A DNA stretch of 64,000 bases from Candidatus Eiseniibacteriota bacterium (GTDB lineage: Bacteria > Eisenbacteria > RBG-16-71-46): contig CAVZLN010000005.1 of the NCBI GenBank assembly GCA_963776245.1, positions 64,001 to 128,000 of the forward strand, in the 5' to 3' direction. The translations under genes were made by a program, and so were the position numbers. Shown here in pieces: positions 1 through 8,889 of this stretch; within the stretch, counting starts at the first letter, position 1, and each line of letters starts with the position of its first letter. Under the pieces are notes generated by a model. That model saw only the letters and a program-made list of their open reading frames with translations, was not told the origin of the DNA and made no database searches.

Positions 1-800
1 GAGAGCAGCTGGCGCACCGGCTCCCGCGCGGCCCGCGCGGGCGGCGCGGTGCCGCCGTGCGAGAGCACGATCTCGAGCCGCGCCGGCGTGCCGCGGGCGA
101 GTGCTTCGATGGAGCGGGCCACTCCCGGCATCAGCGCGGCGTTGGCGACCGTGGTGGCGAAGCGCTCGTACTCGCGGAACTCGGGGCACAGCGCGCTCGA
201 GAGCGTCAGGGGCACGCCGAGCCGCGCCAGCGCGCGGCCCAGCGCCCGCTCGTGCGCCGGGTTCGCGTAGGCGTGCAGCAGGCCCACCGCGACCGCCTCG
301 GGCCGCGCGCGGGACACCGCGCGCACCGTGGCCGCCACGGCCGCGGGCGTCAGCGGGGCGAGCACCTGCCCCGCGGGGCCGGTCCGCTCGGCGACCCCGA
401 TGCGCCGCGCCGCGGGGACCAGCGGCGCGGGGCGGCGTGGCGCCAGGTCGTAGAGTCGCGGCCGGTCCTGGCGCCCGATCTCGAGCACGTCCTCGAAGCC
501 CGCGGTGGTCACGAACACCACCCGCGCGAGGGTGCGGCCGAGCAGCGCGTTGGTCGCCACCGTGGAGCCATGCCGCACGCGCGTCGCGCGCGTGACCGCC
601 AGCCGCGCGAGGCCGTCGAGCACCGCGCGCTCGGGCCGGCGCGGCGTGGAGGGGAGCTTCAGCGCCACCAGCCTTCCGCCCACCCGCGCGACGAAGTCGG
701 TGAAGGTGCCGCCGGTGTCCACGCCCACCGCGACGGGCGCGCGCGGCGCCGGGAGGCGCGGGCGCCGTCGCGGAGCGCGAACGCGCGGCGCGCGGCTCAC
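1..800 (-). CDS. Hydantoinase A / 5-oxoprolinase family protein, N-terminal part (runs off the window edge)
   Basis: Not in the ORF track. Manual translation from GTG at 800 (GTGA overlap with the upstream stop) gives AVGVDTGGTFTDF...KLPSTP...HGSTVATNALL...TTAGFEDVLEIGRQDRPRLYD, the Hydant_A_N signature. Confidence 0.9.
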   Translation of the reverse strand, partial: MSRAPRVRAPRRRPRLPAPRAPVAVGVDTGGTFTDFVARVGGRLVALKLPSTPRRPERAVLDGLARLAVTRATRVRHGSTVATNALLGRTLARVVFVTTAGFEDVLEIGRQDRPRLYDLAPRRPAPLVPAARRIGVAERTGPAGQVLAPLTPAAVAATVRAVSRARPEAVAVGLLHAYANPAHERALGRALARLGVPLTLSSALCPEFREYERFATTVANAALMPGVARSIEALARGTPARLEIVLSHGGTAPPARAAREPVRQLL

Positions 801-1381
801 GGCGCCGCGCGACGGCGCTTGCGCAGGCGGTCGACCAGCGCGCCCAGCGCGACCGCGGCGATGCCGGCGATGATCAGCCAGCCCGGGATGCGCAACTTCT
901 GCCCGGCCAGCGCCAGCGCGAAGTAGTAGGGGATCGCACCCAGCAGCACCGCCAGGCCGTAACGCGCGACCGGGTACTCGATGGCGGCGGCCACCAGCTT
1001 GACCGGGGCGTCCGGGATGGGCAGCGCGCGCGCCATCACGATGGCGAGGAACGACGCCGACGGGTACTGGCGCAGCGCGGACTCGAAGCGCTCGCGGGAG
1101 GGCGTCCAGCGTTTCATCCACCGGTGCCCGGAGGCCATCGCCCAGCGCAGCACGGCGAACTGCACCGCGCTTCCCGCGGCGCTCGCCAGGCCGCCGAGGA
1201 CCGCCACGCGCCACGGCTCGTGGAGCCTGCCCGCGAGGTACACGATCGGCGTGGTGAGGAGCGAGAAGGTGGCGCCGTCCACGAACAGGAGAGCGCATAC
1301 CGTGCCGAGGTTCTGGAGCAGACCCTGGATGTGGCGCAGCACGACCTCGACCACGAGCCACCCTCGATTCGCTGGGACCAA
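797..1381 (-). CDS. DedA/VTT (SNARE-associated-like) membrane protein
   Basis: Several hydrophobic helices plus a GSAVQF...ARALPIPDAPVK pattern. Start uncertain. Confidence 0.65.
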   Translation of the reverse strand: MVPANRGWLVVEVVLRHIQGLLQNLGTVCALLFVDGATFSLLTTPIVYLAGRLHEPWRVAVLGGLASAAGSAVQFAVLRWAMASGHRWMKRWTPSRERFESALRQYPSASFLAIVMARALPIPDAPVKLVAAAIEYPVARYGLAVLLGAIPYYFALALAGQKLRIPGWLIIAGIAAVALGALVDRLRKRRRAAP

Positions 1382-1450
1382 CGACGAAGCGCCGGCCGCA
1401 CCTTACGGTGCTCCGGCGCTCCGGTTCAACCGTGCGCGTTCCCGGCGCGC

Positions 1451-2882
1451 TCAGCCGGTCGGCGGCGGCGGGTCGTCCGCTCCGGACGGCGGCCGGTAGG
1501 CTTCAGGCGGCGCGGGCGGCGGCAGGAACGTGGCGGAGGATGCGGGCCCGGACGTCGCCGGCGCGCTCGGCACGGGCGGAGCGGCGGGAGCCGCCGGCGC
1601 ATCGGCCGCGGCCGGCTTGCCGTTCTGTCGCCCGGTCCACCAGCGGCGCAGGGGACCCTGCGCGAACTCGTGGCGCACCAGCGCGCCCGCGCCCAGCGTG
1701 CTCACCACACCCAGGGTGAGCCAGGTGATCACCTTGATGAGCGTGCCAAGGCCCTCGAGCACTCCGAAACTGGGGATCTGCTTGAGCAGCGTGCCCACCA
1801 GGAACGCGCCGCCGAGTGTGACGGCGCCGACCGCAGCCGCGGTGGCGAGCGAGGGGGCCGCGACGCCGCGCGCGGCCTGCACGCGCTGGCCGATGGCCGC
1901 GGCGCCGATCGCGAAGCCCCAGACCCACATCAGCGCCACGATCGAGGGATAGGCGAGCAGCAGCACGATCGCGACCGGGATGCCGATGAGGGTGATGCAG
2001 AGCAGCGCCGCCAGCAGCGCCACCGCGATGAACCCGGGCGCCCAGACCAGCGCCACCAGCAGGCCGGTGAGCAACGATTGCCCCGCTTCGTGGCGGAAGC
2101 GCTCGAGCGCGGCCCCGCTGCGGCCGGGAGCGAGCCGGAAGAAGCCCCACGCCAGACTGGTGGTGAGGATGATCCAGAGCAGTGAGCCGAAGATCTTCCG
2201 GACCGGACGGGTGGGATCGACGGACTCGCCCATGGCGCGGTCGCGCAGGTGCAGTCATCTTCCGCTCCCAGTGCCGGTCCTTGGGGCCGAGGGCGGTCAC
2301 GCGCTGCCCGCCCACCTGCGCGCCCGGCTGCTCGTGGAGCTGGCCGCCCATGCAGAACACGTCCCCATCCACGCGCGCGCTGGCATTCAGATAGACGTCG
2401 CCACCCATCGCCTGCACGTCGCCTTCGACATGGCCGTCCACCACGATGTCGCCGCCCATCGCGACCACGTCCCCGGTCACGGTCTGGCTGCTCTCGATGT
2501 GGATGTCCTGGCCGATGCGCATCATGTCGCCCGAGCGGGGGTTGACCACGACCGGGCCGGGCACCACGAGCGGCTCGGGGGGCTCGGGCGGCGCGGGCAC
2601 CGGCGGCACCACGACCGCGGGCCCCGCCGTCTCCGCGGCGCCGCGGCCGCGGGGCAGGCGCCCGCGCTCGAACGCGCGCACGCTCTCGGGCGGGACAGTC
2701 TTGAACTCGAGCGTCTCGGCGGCGAGCGCCTGGCCGACGACCACGCGTCCGGCGAGCGCGAGCGCGCGTCCGGCCACCGTGGCGCCCACGGGCAGAGCCA
2801 GGCATCGCGTGAGGGCCAGCGCCGTCGCGAACATCGCGCACGGCACCAGCACGGCGAGTCCCAACAGCGCCAGTCGTCTCAT
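1451..2882 (-). CDS. Membrane protein with bactofilin-like beta-helix repeats and a C-terminal multi-TM domain; one frameshift near 2250
   Basis: MRRLALLG start (ATGA overlap at 2882). Repeats GDVVAMGGDIVVDGHVEGDVQAMGGDVYL are in one frame, and the TM domain (LLCITLIGIPVA) is in ORF 1451..2233. The two join via HLRDRAMGES. Confidence 0.75.
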
Positions 2883-3946
2883 GATCCAGTCCCTCCGCTC
2901 GTGACGTGGAGATCGCCCGAGGAGCTCTTGAGTTCGATCCGCGCGGCGCCCCGGCCCACGGTGCCGCGCAGCAGATGGCGGGTGACGGTCTTCACCTCGA
3001 GGGGCAGCGCGACATCGAGCGCGCCGCTGGAGGTCTGCAGGTCGACGCTGCCGCCGAATCCCGCGGGCACGTCGAGCGTGGCGTCCCCGCTCACCGTGGT
3101 GACCCCGGCGCGCGCCAGCCCGGGTCGGGCATGGAGGTCGACGTCGCCGCTCGAGGTCGCCACCGCGAGCACGCCCGCGACGCCCCGTGCGGTGACATCG
3201 CCGCTGGTGGTGGTCACCCGCAGCGTCTTCGGGGAGCCGTCCACCTCGACCTCGCCGCTCACCGTGCCGAGCTCCAGCGAGTCGGCCGCGCCCTTCACCG
3301 TGATGCTCCCGCTGGTGGTGGCCGCGTCGAGCGCGCCCGTCGCACGGTCCACCGAGATGTCGCCGCTGACGCTGCGCAGCCGGGCGGCGGCGAGGCCGGC
3401 GGCCTCGATGTCCCCGCTGGTGGCGGTGGCCTGGACCCGCCCGGTGGCGCCCTCGACCCGGATGTCGCCGCTGGTGGTGGCGAGTCGCTGGGTCCCGGCC
3501 AGGCCGGCGGTGCTCAGGTCGCCGCTGGCGGAGCGCATCTCGACCGCGACCCCGGGAGGGACCTCGATGGAGAGCTGCATGTCCACCCGGGGAGTGTCGA
3601 ACCCGGAGCACAGTTCGAGGAAGGAGATGCGCATCGCCGGCCCCTGCGGGTAGCGCACCTGGATCACTAGGACGTCGCCCTCGCGCGAGGCCTCGAGGCG
3701 GGTCTCGCGAGCCAGGCGCTCGCGCTCCGACCGCGTGGCGCGCACCTGCTTGAGGGCCCACAGGTGGACCTGGCCGTCGCCGGAGCGTTTCACCTCGGCG
3801 GATCCCCGCGGATTCTCGACCCGCAGGGTGCGCAGGCCGGTCGCGTCGAAGGCCCGGTCGCTCCGCTGGCTGAGCACGTCCCGGGCGGCGTCCGCCGGGC
3901 TGGCGATGGCCGCGGCGAACAGCGCGGCGAGGATGACTCGTCTCAT
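2879..3946 (-). CDS. DUF4097 family beta-strand repeat protein, exported
   Basis: Signal peptide MRRVILAALFAAAIASPADA and many T[TSV]SGD[IV] repeats. Confidence 0.85.
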   Translation of the reverse strand: MRRVILAALFAAAIASPADAARDVLSQRSDRAFDATGLRTLRVENPRGSAEVKRSGDGQVHLWALKQVRATRSERERLARETRLEASREGDVLVIQVRYPQGPAMRISFLELCSGFDTPRVDMQLSIEVPPGVAVEMRSASGDLSTAGLAGTQRLATTSGDIRVEGATGRVQATATSGDIEAAGLAAARLRSVSGDISVDRATGALDAATTSGSITVKGAADSLELGTVSGEVEVDGSPKTLRVTTTSGDVTARGVAGVLAVATSSGDVDLHARPGLARAGVTTVSGDATLDVPAGFGGSVDLQTSSGALDVALPLEVKTVTRHLLRGTVGRGAARIELKSSSGDLHVTSGGTGS

Positions 3947-3972
3947 GTCTGGACCCTCCGTCGTTCGCATGG

Positions 3973-4000
3973 TCTACGGCGCCGGGCGGGAATGGGTTGC
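3973..4000 (-). promoter_or_regulatory. Candidate ECF-sigma promoter (GCAAC-N17-CGTA) for the DUF4097 operon
   Basis: AAC and CGT cores; resembles the motif upstream of the ECF sigma gene at 44601-44625. Confidence 0.45.
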
Positions 4001-4086
4001 GGGAAGTTCGAGGGCCAGCCGGGGTTGCGGGATCGGGCCCTGGATGGCCGGGGCCGGTCCGACCGGCGCCCGGGCCCAAATGCCGG

Positions 4087-4116
4087 GAGGGGAGCCTCCT
4101 CGCGGAGCCTCCCCTC
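4087..4116 (-). terminator. GC hairpin after the small lipoprotein gene
   Basis: GAGGGGAGGCTCC-GCGA-GGAGGCTCCCCTC: 13-bp stem with one mismatch and a GNRA loop; weak U tract. Confidence 0.6.
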
Positions 4117-4150
4117 TGGCTTGTTCTTCCTTCGAATGGGTCACGAGGCC

Positions 4151-4330
4151 TTACTTCACCATCGTGTCCGCAGCCGCGGAATCCATCGGCATGCTGGTGG
4201 CCGTATCGGCCGGAGCCGCCGTCTCGACAGGCGGCGCCGCCTCCTCAGCCTTCTTCGCACAACCCACCACGGCGAGAGCGACAGTCATCGCCAGAAGGGC
4301 GACCATCGCGAGCGTGAAAAGCTTACGCAT
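4151..4330 (-). CDS. Small 59-aa lipoprotein with a low-complexity Ala/Pro/Thr mature part
   Basis: MRKLFTLAMVALLAMTVALAVVG-C-AKK lipobox and strong SD GAGGAGGTGAG. Hidden at the end of the 4151..5050 ORF. Confidence 0.85.
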   Translation of the reverse strand: MRKLFTLAMVALLAMTVALAVVGCAKKAEEAAPPVETAAPADTATSMPMDSAAADTMVK

Positions 4331-4532
4331 CGTTGTTCTACTCACCTCCTCTCGGTCTCGCCGCGCCGGATTCGGATCCAAACGCGGCCATGCATTCTCA
4401 GTCGAATTCGCAAATACACGCAGACACCCACCTGAAGGGGCGTGACACTGGCAGCGTCCTTGCGCGTTTCCGAGTTGTCGGTGCTGGGGGAGCGCTAGGT
4501 GCATGCCCTCGGGACGGGCAGTAAGCGGGCAC

Positions 4533-4561
4533 ACGTTAGGTGTGCCCCCGCGGGTTGTCAA
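4533..4561 (-). promoter_or_regulatory. sigma70-type promoter TTGACA-N17-TAACGT, overlapped by an 8-bp inverted repeat
   Basis: Consensus -35 at 4561-4556 and -10 at 4538-4533; GGGCACAC-N5-GTGTGCCC at 4527-4547. Confidence 0.65.
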
Positions 4562-4614
4562 GTCGGATTGTCCATCCGGGCCCGTGCGCTCCGGTCCGGG
4601 CCAAAGCTCTGCCC

Positions 4615-5787
4615 TCAAAGTCCTTGGAGCGCCTGGTCGAGATCGTTCTGGAGGTCGGCGACGTCCTCGATGCCGACCGAAAGGCGCAGCAGGCCGTCCG
4701 CGAACCCCATCGCCAGACGCGCCTCGCGGGGCACCGAGGCGTGCGTCATGGAGGCCGGGTGGCACACCAGGCTCTCGACGCCTCCCAGGCTCTCGGCCCG
4801 GGTGAACAGCCGGAAACGGTCGAACACCTTGCGCCCCGCCTCGAGCGAGCCGTCCGCCGGGATGAACGAGATCATGCCGCCGAAACCCGAGGTCTGGCGC
4901 TTGGCCAGCTCGTGCTGCGGGTGGGACGCCAGGCCGGGGTAGAACACGTGCGACACCTTCGGATGCCGGGCCAGCGCTCCGGCCAGCGCCCTGGCATTCT
5001 CCTCGTGGCGCTTCATGCGCACCGCGAGGGTCTTGGTGCCGCGCAGGCACAGCCAGCAGTCCCAGGGCCCCGGCACCGCGCCGGCCGCGTTCTGCAGGAA
5101 GCGCAGCGATTCGGCGAGGTCCTCGCGGCTGGTGATGAGGGCGCCGCCCACCATGTCGCTGTGGCCGTTCAGGTACTTCGTGACCGAGTGGAGCACCACG
5201 TCCGCCCCCAGCGCCAGCGGGCGCTGGAAGTAGGGCGTCATGAAGGTGTTGTCCACCACCGTGGTGATGCCGCGCGCGGCGGCGCGCGCGCTCACCTCGG
5301 CGATGTCGGTGAGCTGCATCATCGGGTTGGTGGGGGTCTCCACGAACAGCATCTTCGTGTTCGCGCGGAACGCGCTCTCGACCGCGCCGGGATCGGAGGC
5401 GCGCACGAACGTGAACTCGAGCCCGAGGCGTTCGAGCACCTTCGTGAACAGGCGGTAGGTGCCGCCGTAGAGGTTGTCCCCCGCCACGACGTGATCGCCC
5501 CGGGAGAGCGTCTGCATCAGGCAGTTGGTCGCCGCGAGCCCCGAGGCGAAGCTGAAACCGTGGGCCCCGCCCTCCAGCGCCGCGAGATTCCGCTCGAGCG
5601 AGAACCGCGTGAGGTTGTGCGTGCGCGCGTACTCGAAGCCCTTGTGGTGGCCGAGGGACTCCTGCGCGTAGGTCGAGGTCTGGTAGACCGGCACCACGAC
5701 CGCGCCGGTGACCGGATCCGCCTCCTGGCCGGCGTGGATCGCCCGGGTGCTGAAGCCCGAGCCGGGTGTCAGCGCGTGATGACTCAT
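4615..5787 (-). CDS. Cystathionine gamma-lyase / gamma-synthase (PLP-dependent)
   Basis: PVYQTSTY, YARTHN, ETPTNP, DNTF, HSVTKYLNGHSD (PLP lysine), AESLGGVESL and RLSVGIED motifs. Confidence 0.95.
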   Translation of the reverse strand: MSHHALTPGSGFSTRAIHAGQEADPVTGAVVVPVYQTSTYAQESLGHHKGFEYARTHNLTRFSLERNLAALEGGAHGFSFASGLAATNCLMQTLSRGDHVVAGDNLYGGTYRLFTKVLERLGLEFTFVRASDPGAVESAFRANTKMLFVETPTNPMMQLTDIAEVSARAAARGITTVVDNTFMTPYFQRPLALGADVVLHSVTKYLNGHSDMVGGALITSREDLAESLRFLQNAAGAVPGPWDCWLCLRGTKTLAVRMKRHEENARALAGALARHPKVSHVFYPGLASHPQHELAKRQTSGFGGMISFIPADGSLEAGRKVFDRFRLFTRAESLGGVESLVCHPASMTHASVPREARLAMGFADGLLRLSVGIEDVADLQNDLDQALQGL

Positions 5788-7175
5788 CAGTCCCCTCCCG
5801 CGATGAACTGGAGCATGTCGAAACGGGTCAGGACCCCGGTGATGACGCCATGGTCGCGCACCAGCACCGCCGGGTTGCGCGCCGCCATCAGCCGCGTGAC
5901 CTCGTCGGCCGAGGCGTCCCGCTCCACCACCGGCAGCGGCTCGGACATCACGGTGTCGCAGCGATGGTCGAGCGACTTCGCGTCCTCGAGCACGCGCTTG
6001 AGCACGTCGCTGTCGTGGAGCGTGCCCACCAGCTTCTCGCCGGCGAAGACCGGGATCTGGGAGATGTCGTGCTGCTGCACGATGGCGAGCGCCTTGCGCA
6101 GCGGGTCGTGCGCCTGGATCGCGATCAGCGAGGGCAGCTTGCCCTTGCCCGCGAGCACCGCTCCGACCCGCGTCACCACCGGATCGAGCAGGTGGTTGTC
6201 GCGCATCCAGTCGTCGTTGTGGACCTTGGTGAGGTAGCGCTCGCCGGTGTCCGGCAGCAGCACCACCACCAGGTCGCCGTCCTTCGCGGCCTTCGCGACC
6301 TCGATGGCGACCCAGGTCGCCATGCCCGCCGAGCCCCCCACGAAGATGGCCTCCTCGCGCGCGAGCCGGCGCGCCATGTTGAGGCCGTCACGGTCGGAGC
6401 AGGACAGCAGGCGGTCGATGACGCTGAAGTCCATCGCGGTCGGGATCATGTCCTCCCCGACGCCCTCGATCTTGTAGGGATGACCCTCGATCAGTTCTCC
6501 GGTCTCCTTGTAGTGGCGCAGGATCGAGCCCACCGGATCGGCCCCGATCACCTCGATCCGCGGGTTCTTCTCCTTCAGGAACTTCCCGATCCCCGAGATC
6601 GTGCCGCCGGTGCCCGGTCCGGCGACGAAGTGCGTGACGCGGCCCCGGGTCTGCTCCCAGATCTCCGGGCCGGTGGTGCGGTAGTGCGCCGCCGGGTTGT
6701 TGAGGTTGTGATACTGGTTCATCAGGTACGCGCCCGGGCGCTCCGCCGCGATCCGCTTGGCCACCGAGTAGAAGGACTCGGGAGAGTCGGCCGCGACCGA
6801 GGTCGGCGTGATCACGACCTCCGCGCCGTAGGCCTTGAGCAGGTTGATCTTCTCGATCGAGACCTTGTCGGGCATCACGAACACGGCGCGGTAGCCCTGC
6901 ACCGCGGCGTACATGGCGAGCCCCACGCCGGTGTTGCCCGAGGTGCACTCCACGATCGTGCCGCCCGGCTTCAGATGCCCCTCGCGCTCCGCCGCCTGCA
7001 CCATCGCGGGGGCGATGCGGTCCTTGACGCTTCCGCCGGGGTTGAAGAACTCGAGCTTCCCGAGCACCGGCACCGCGACGTCCTGCGTGACCTTGCGGAG
7101 GCGGACGAGCGGGGTGTTGCCCACGGTGTCGAGGATGGTCTCGTGGTACTGCAGTCCGTCGAGGACGTGGCTCAA
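5787..7175 (-). CDS. cbs: Cystathionine beta-synthase with a C-terminal CBS-domain pair
   Basis: GNTPLV, NPGGSVKDR, TSGNTG, GTGGT, YKIEGVG and LPDTGERYLTK, then tandem CBS domains. TTG start at 7175 with AGGAG SD. Confidence 0.93.
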   Translation of the reverse strand: MSHVLDGLQYHETILDTVGNTPLVRLRKVTQDVAVPVLGKLEFFNPGGSVKDRIAPAMVQAAEREGHLKPGGTIVECTSGNTGVGLAMYAAVQGYRAVFVMPDKVSIEKINLLKAYGAEVVITPTSVAADSPESFYSVAKRIAAERPGAYLMNQYHNLNNPAAHYRTTGPEIWEQTRGRVTHFVAGPGTGGTISGIGKFLKEKNPRIEVIGADPVGSILRHYKETGELIEGHPYKIEGVGEDMIPTAMDFSVIDRLLSCSDRDGLNMARRLAREEAIFVGGSAGMATWVAIEVAKAAKDGDLVVVLLPDTGERYLTKVHNDDWMRDNHLLDPVVTRVGAVLAGKGKLPSLIAIQAHDPLRKALAIVQQHDISQIPVFAGEKLVGTLHDSDVLKRVLEDAKSLDHRCDTVMSEPLPVVERDASADEVTRLMAARNPAVLVRDHGVITGVLTRFDMLQFIAGGD

Positions 7176-7285
7176 GGGGCGGCTCCTGTGCGGGGATGAC
7201 CGGCGATGGGTGATCGGGCCGGCGCGCCTCCCGGCGACCCGTACGACGGGGCGGGATGAGGCCGCATGCTCTGGGCCGGGCGGCG

Positions 7286-7315
7286 AGTCTAGGCGCGCGC
7301 GAGCCGTGGCGTCAA
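7286..7315 (-). promoter_or_regulatory. sigma70-type promoter TTGACG-N18-TAGACT for the cbs-lyase operon
   Basis: Hexamers at 7315-7310 and 7291-7286. Confidence 0.65.
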
Positions 7316-7337
7316 CGGAACCGCCCCGGAGACGGAA

Positions 7338-7363
7338 CGCGGGGCCCCGTGAGGGGCCCCGCG
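7338..7363 (-). terminator. Perfect 11-bp hairpin after the selenoprotein gene
   Basis: CGCGGGGCCCC-N4-GGGGCCCCGCG, about 30 nt after the stop at 7395. Confidence 0.65.
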
Positions 7364-7394
7364 CGGATCGCATCGCGAGCGTGCGGTGCGGGTG

Positions 7395-8825
7395 CTACCT
7401 GGTCGTCCCCGGCGATGGCTTCATCCCGCGGTTCTGGGGCAGCGGGGGGAGCGTGGCGGGAACGTGATGCAGGATGTGCGGCTGGTAGACCGCGAACGAG
7501 AATGCCGGACTGTTGCTGGCGGTGTGGCACTGCCCACACGTGGCCTCGGTGACGCGGCGCGGGCTGGTGGTGTACGCCTCGTGCTGCGTGCCCATGCCGT
7601 GGCAGTTCTCGCACTGCACGTTGGACATCGCCGGGGTGATGACGATGCTCTGGAACCCGCCCGGCTTCTTGTAGCCCACGACGTGGCAGGAGACGCAGTC
7701 CGCGTCGTTCTCCTTCTTGGCGTCCACCAGGGTCTTCCACGCGCGCGCGTGCGCCGTGGTCTTCCACTGCTCGGTCTCGGCCTTGTGGCAGCGCTCGCAC
7801 ACCGCCACGCCGACGTAACGATCGGGGTTGTTCTCGGCCGAGGTCAGCGCGCGCTGGGCCGCCTGTTCCTTCTCGACCTTGCGCGTGCGCTCGTTCAGGT
7901 TGTCCTCGAACTGCTTCACCAGGCTCTGGATCTCGGGTTTGTCCGGGAGCGCGGGACCGAGCTCGATGACCTCGGCGGCGGAGGACGCGACCTTCTTGCC
8001 CCCGGGCGCCAGCGTCACGACGGTGCGGCCCACGTACTGCCCCTGCTCTCCGCCATAGACCGCCAGGGTGGCCTTGATGAGCCGGCCCTGCTGGATCAGG
8101 GGCGTGTTCCGGCCCACGATCATCACGTCGATCCCGTCGACCGCGGTGCACAGATCCTCGCCCTCGGTCCGGCCCAGCGTCGAGAGCGCCACCACCACCG
8201 TGGCGCCGCGCTTGCGGAGATCGGCGATGGCCCGGCGGGCCGCGCCCGCGGGCTCGAGCGCGGTGAGCGAATCCCGCGCCGGTCCGAGGTCACCCTTGTC
8301 GGTGATCAGACCGAAGAACCCGACCTTCACGCCGCCCTTCTGCACCACGACCGAAGCCGGGAACACGGGCTTGCTGGTGGCCTTGTACACCAGGTTGGCG
8401 CATACCACCGGCAGCTTGTTGGCGCGCGCGTTCTCGGTCAGATACGCGATGCCGTAGCGCAGGTCGCGCTCGCCCACGCCGACCGCGTCGGCGCCGAGGA
8501 GCACCATGACCTGCTGGATGAACCACGCCGCGTCCTTGTGCAGGTCGTCCTCGGCGAAGTAACCGCCGGCATCGACGAGGAACACCTGCCCATACTGCGC
8601 CTTCAGGCTGTCCACGAGGCTGGCCCGCCGGGCCAGACCACCCTTGGGCGTGTGTCAGCCGCAGGGGCTGGTCTTGCCTTTGACGTCCTGGGTCGAAAGG
8701 ATCACGACCTTGTCGGGCTGCAGCGGGACGCCGGGCTTCACGGGAGCGGTCGCGCCGAGCAGCAACAGCACGGCGAGCGCGCCCACCACCAGCGTGGCCG
8801 GGCCACGGTTCACCAACGACTTCAT
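7395..8825 (-). CDS. Exported selenoprotein: UshA/5'-nucleotidase-like N-domain with CxU (Sec57 = TGA 8657-8655) fused to a tetraheme c554-like cytochrome domain; 476 aa
   Basis: ORFs 8655..8903 and 7395..8615 are in the same frame and read ...STQDVKGKTSPCG*HTPKGGLARRASLVDSLK...LVDAGG. A signal peptide precedes the TGA, a SECIS-like hairpin follows it, and CERCH, CVSCH, CENCH and CGQCH lie downstream. Confidence 0.88.
8616..8654 (-). promoter_or_regulatory. Candidate bacterial SECIS element
   Basis: After the UGA: GG-(bulged U)-CUGGCCC-[GGC]-GGGCCAG-CC. The apical loop starts with G at +26. Confidence 0.7.
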
Positions 8826-8889
8826 GCGATTCGTTCTCCGGGAGGAGGGTCGCTGCAGACGGCCGATGGAAGACGACGACGCGGGCACG

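Noticed and set aside
4449..4463. sigma54-like TGGC-N7-TTGC on the plus strand
   Set aside because: No plus-strand gene lies downstream, so it is probably chance, although an antisense RNA cannot be excluded.
7176..7285. SAM riboswitch or T-box upstream of cbs
   Set aside because: No conserved SAM-I or T-box elements recognised by eye; an Rfam scan would settle it.
7395..8615. Stand-alone 406-aa cytochrome starting at GTG 8615, plus a separate upstream peptide
   Set aside because: It has no signal peptide or clear SD, and the start would cut the fold after its first strand. Readthrough explains both ORFs.
8655..8657. Genome-wide UGA reassignment (genetic code 4 or 25)
   Set aside because: TGA is the normal stop of most genes here, including many ATGA/GTGA overlaps, and Trp is encoded by TGG.
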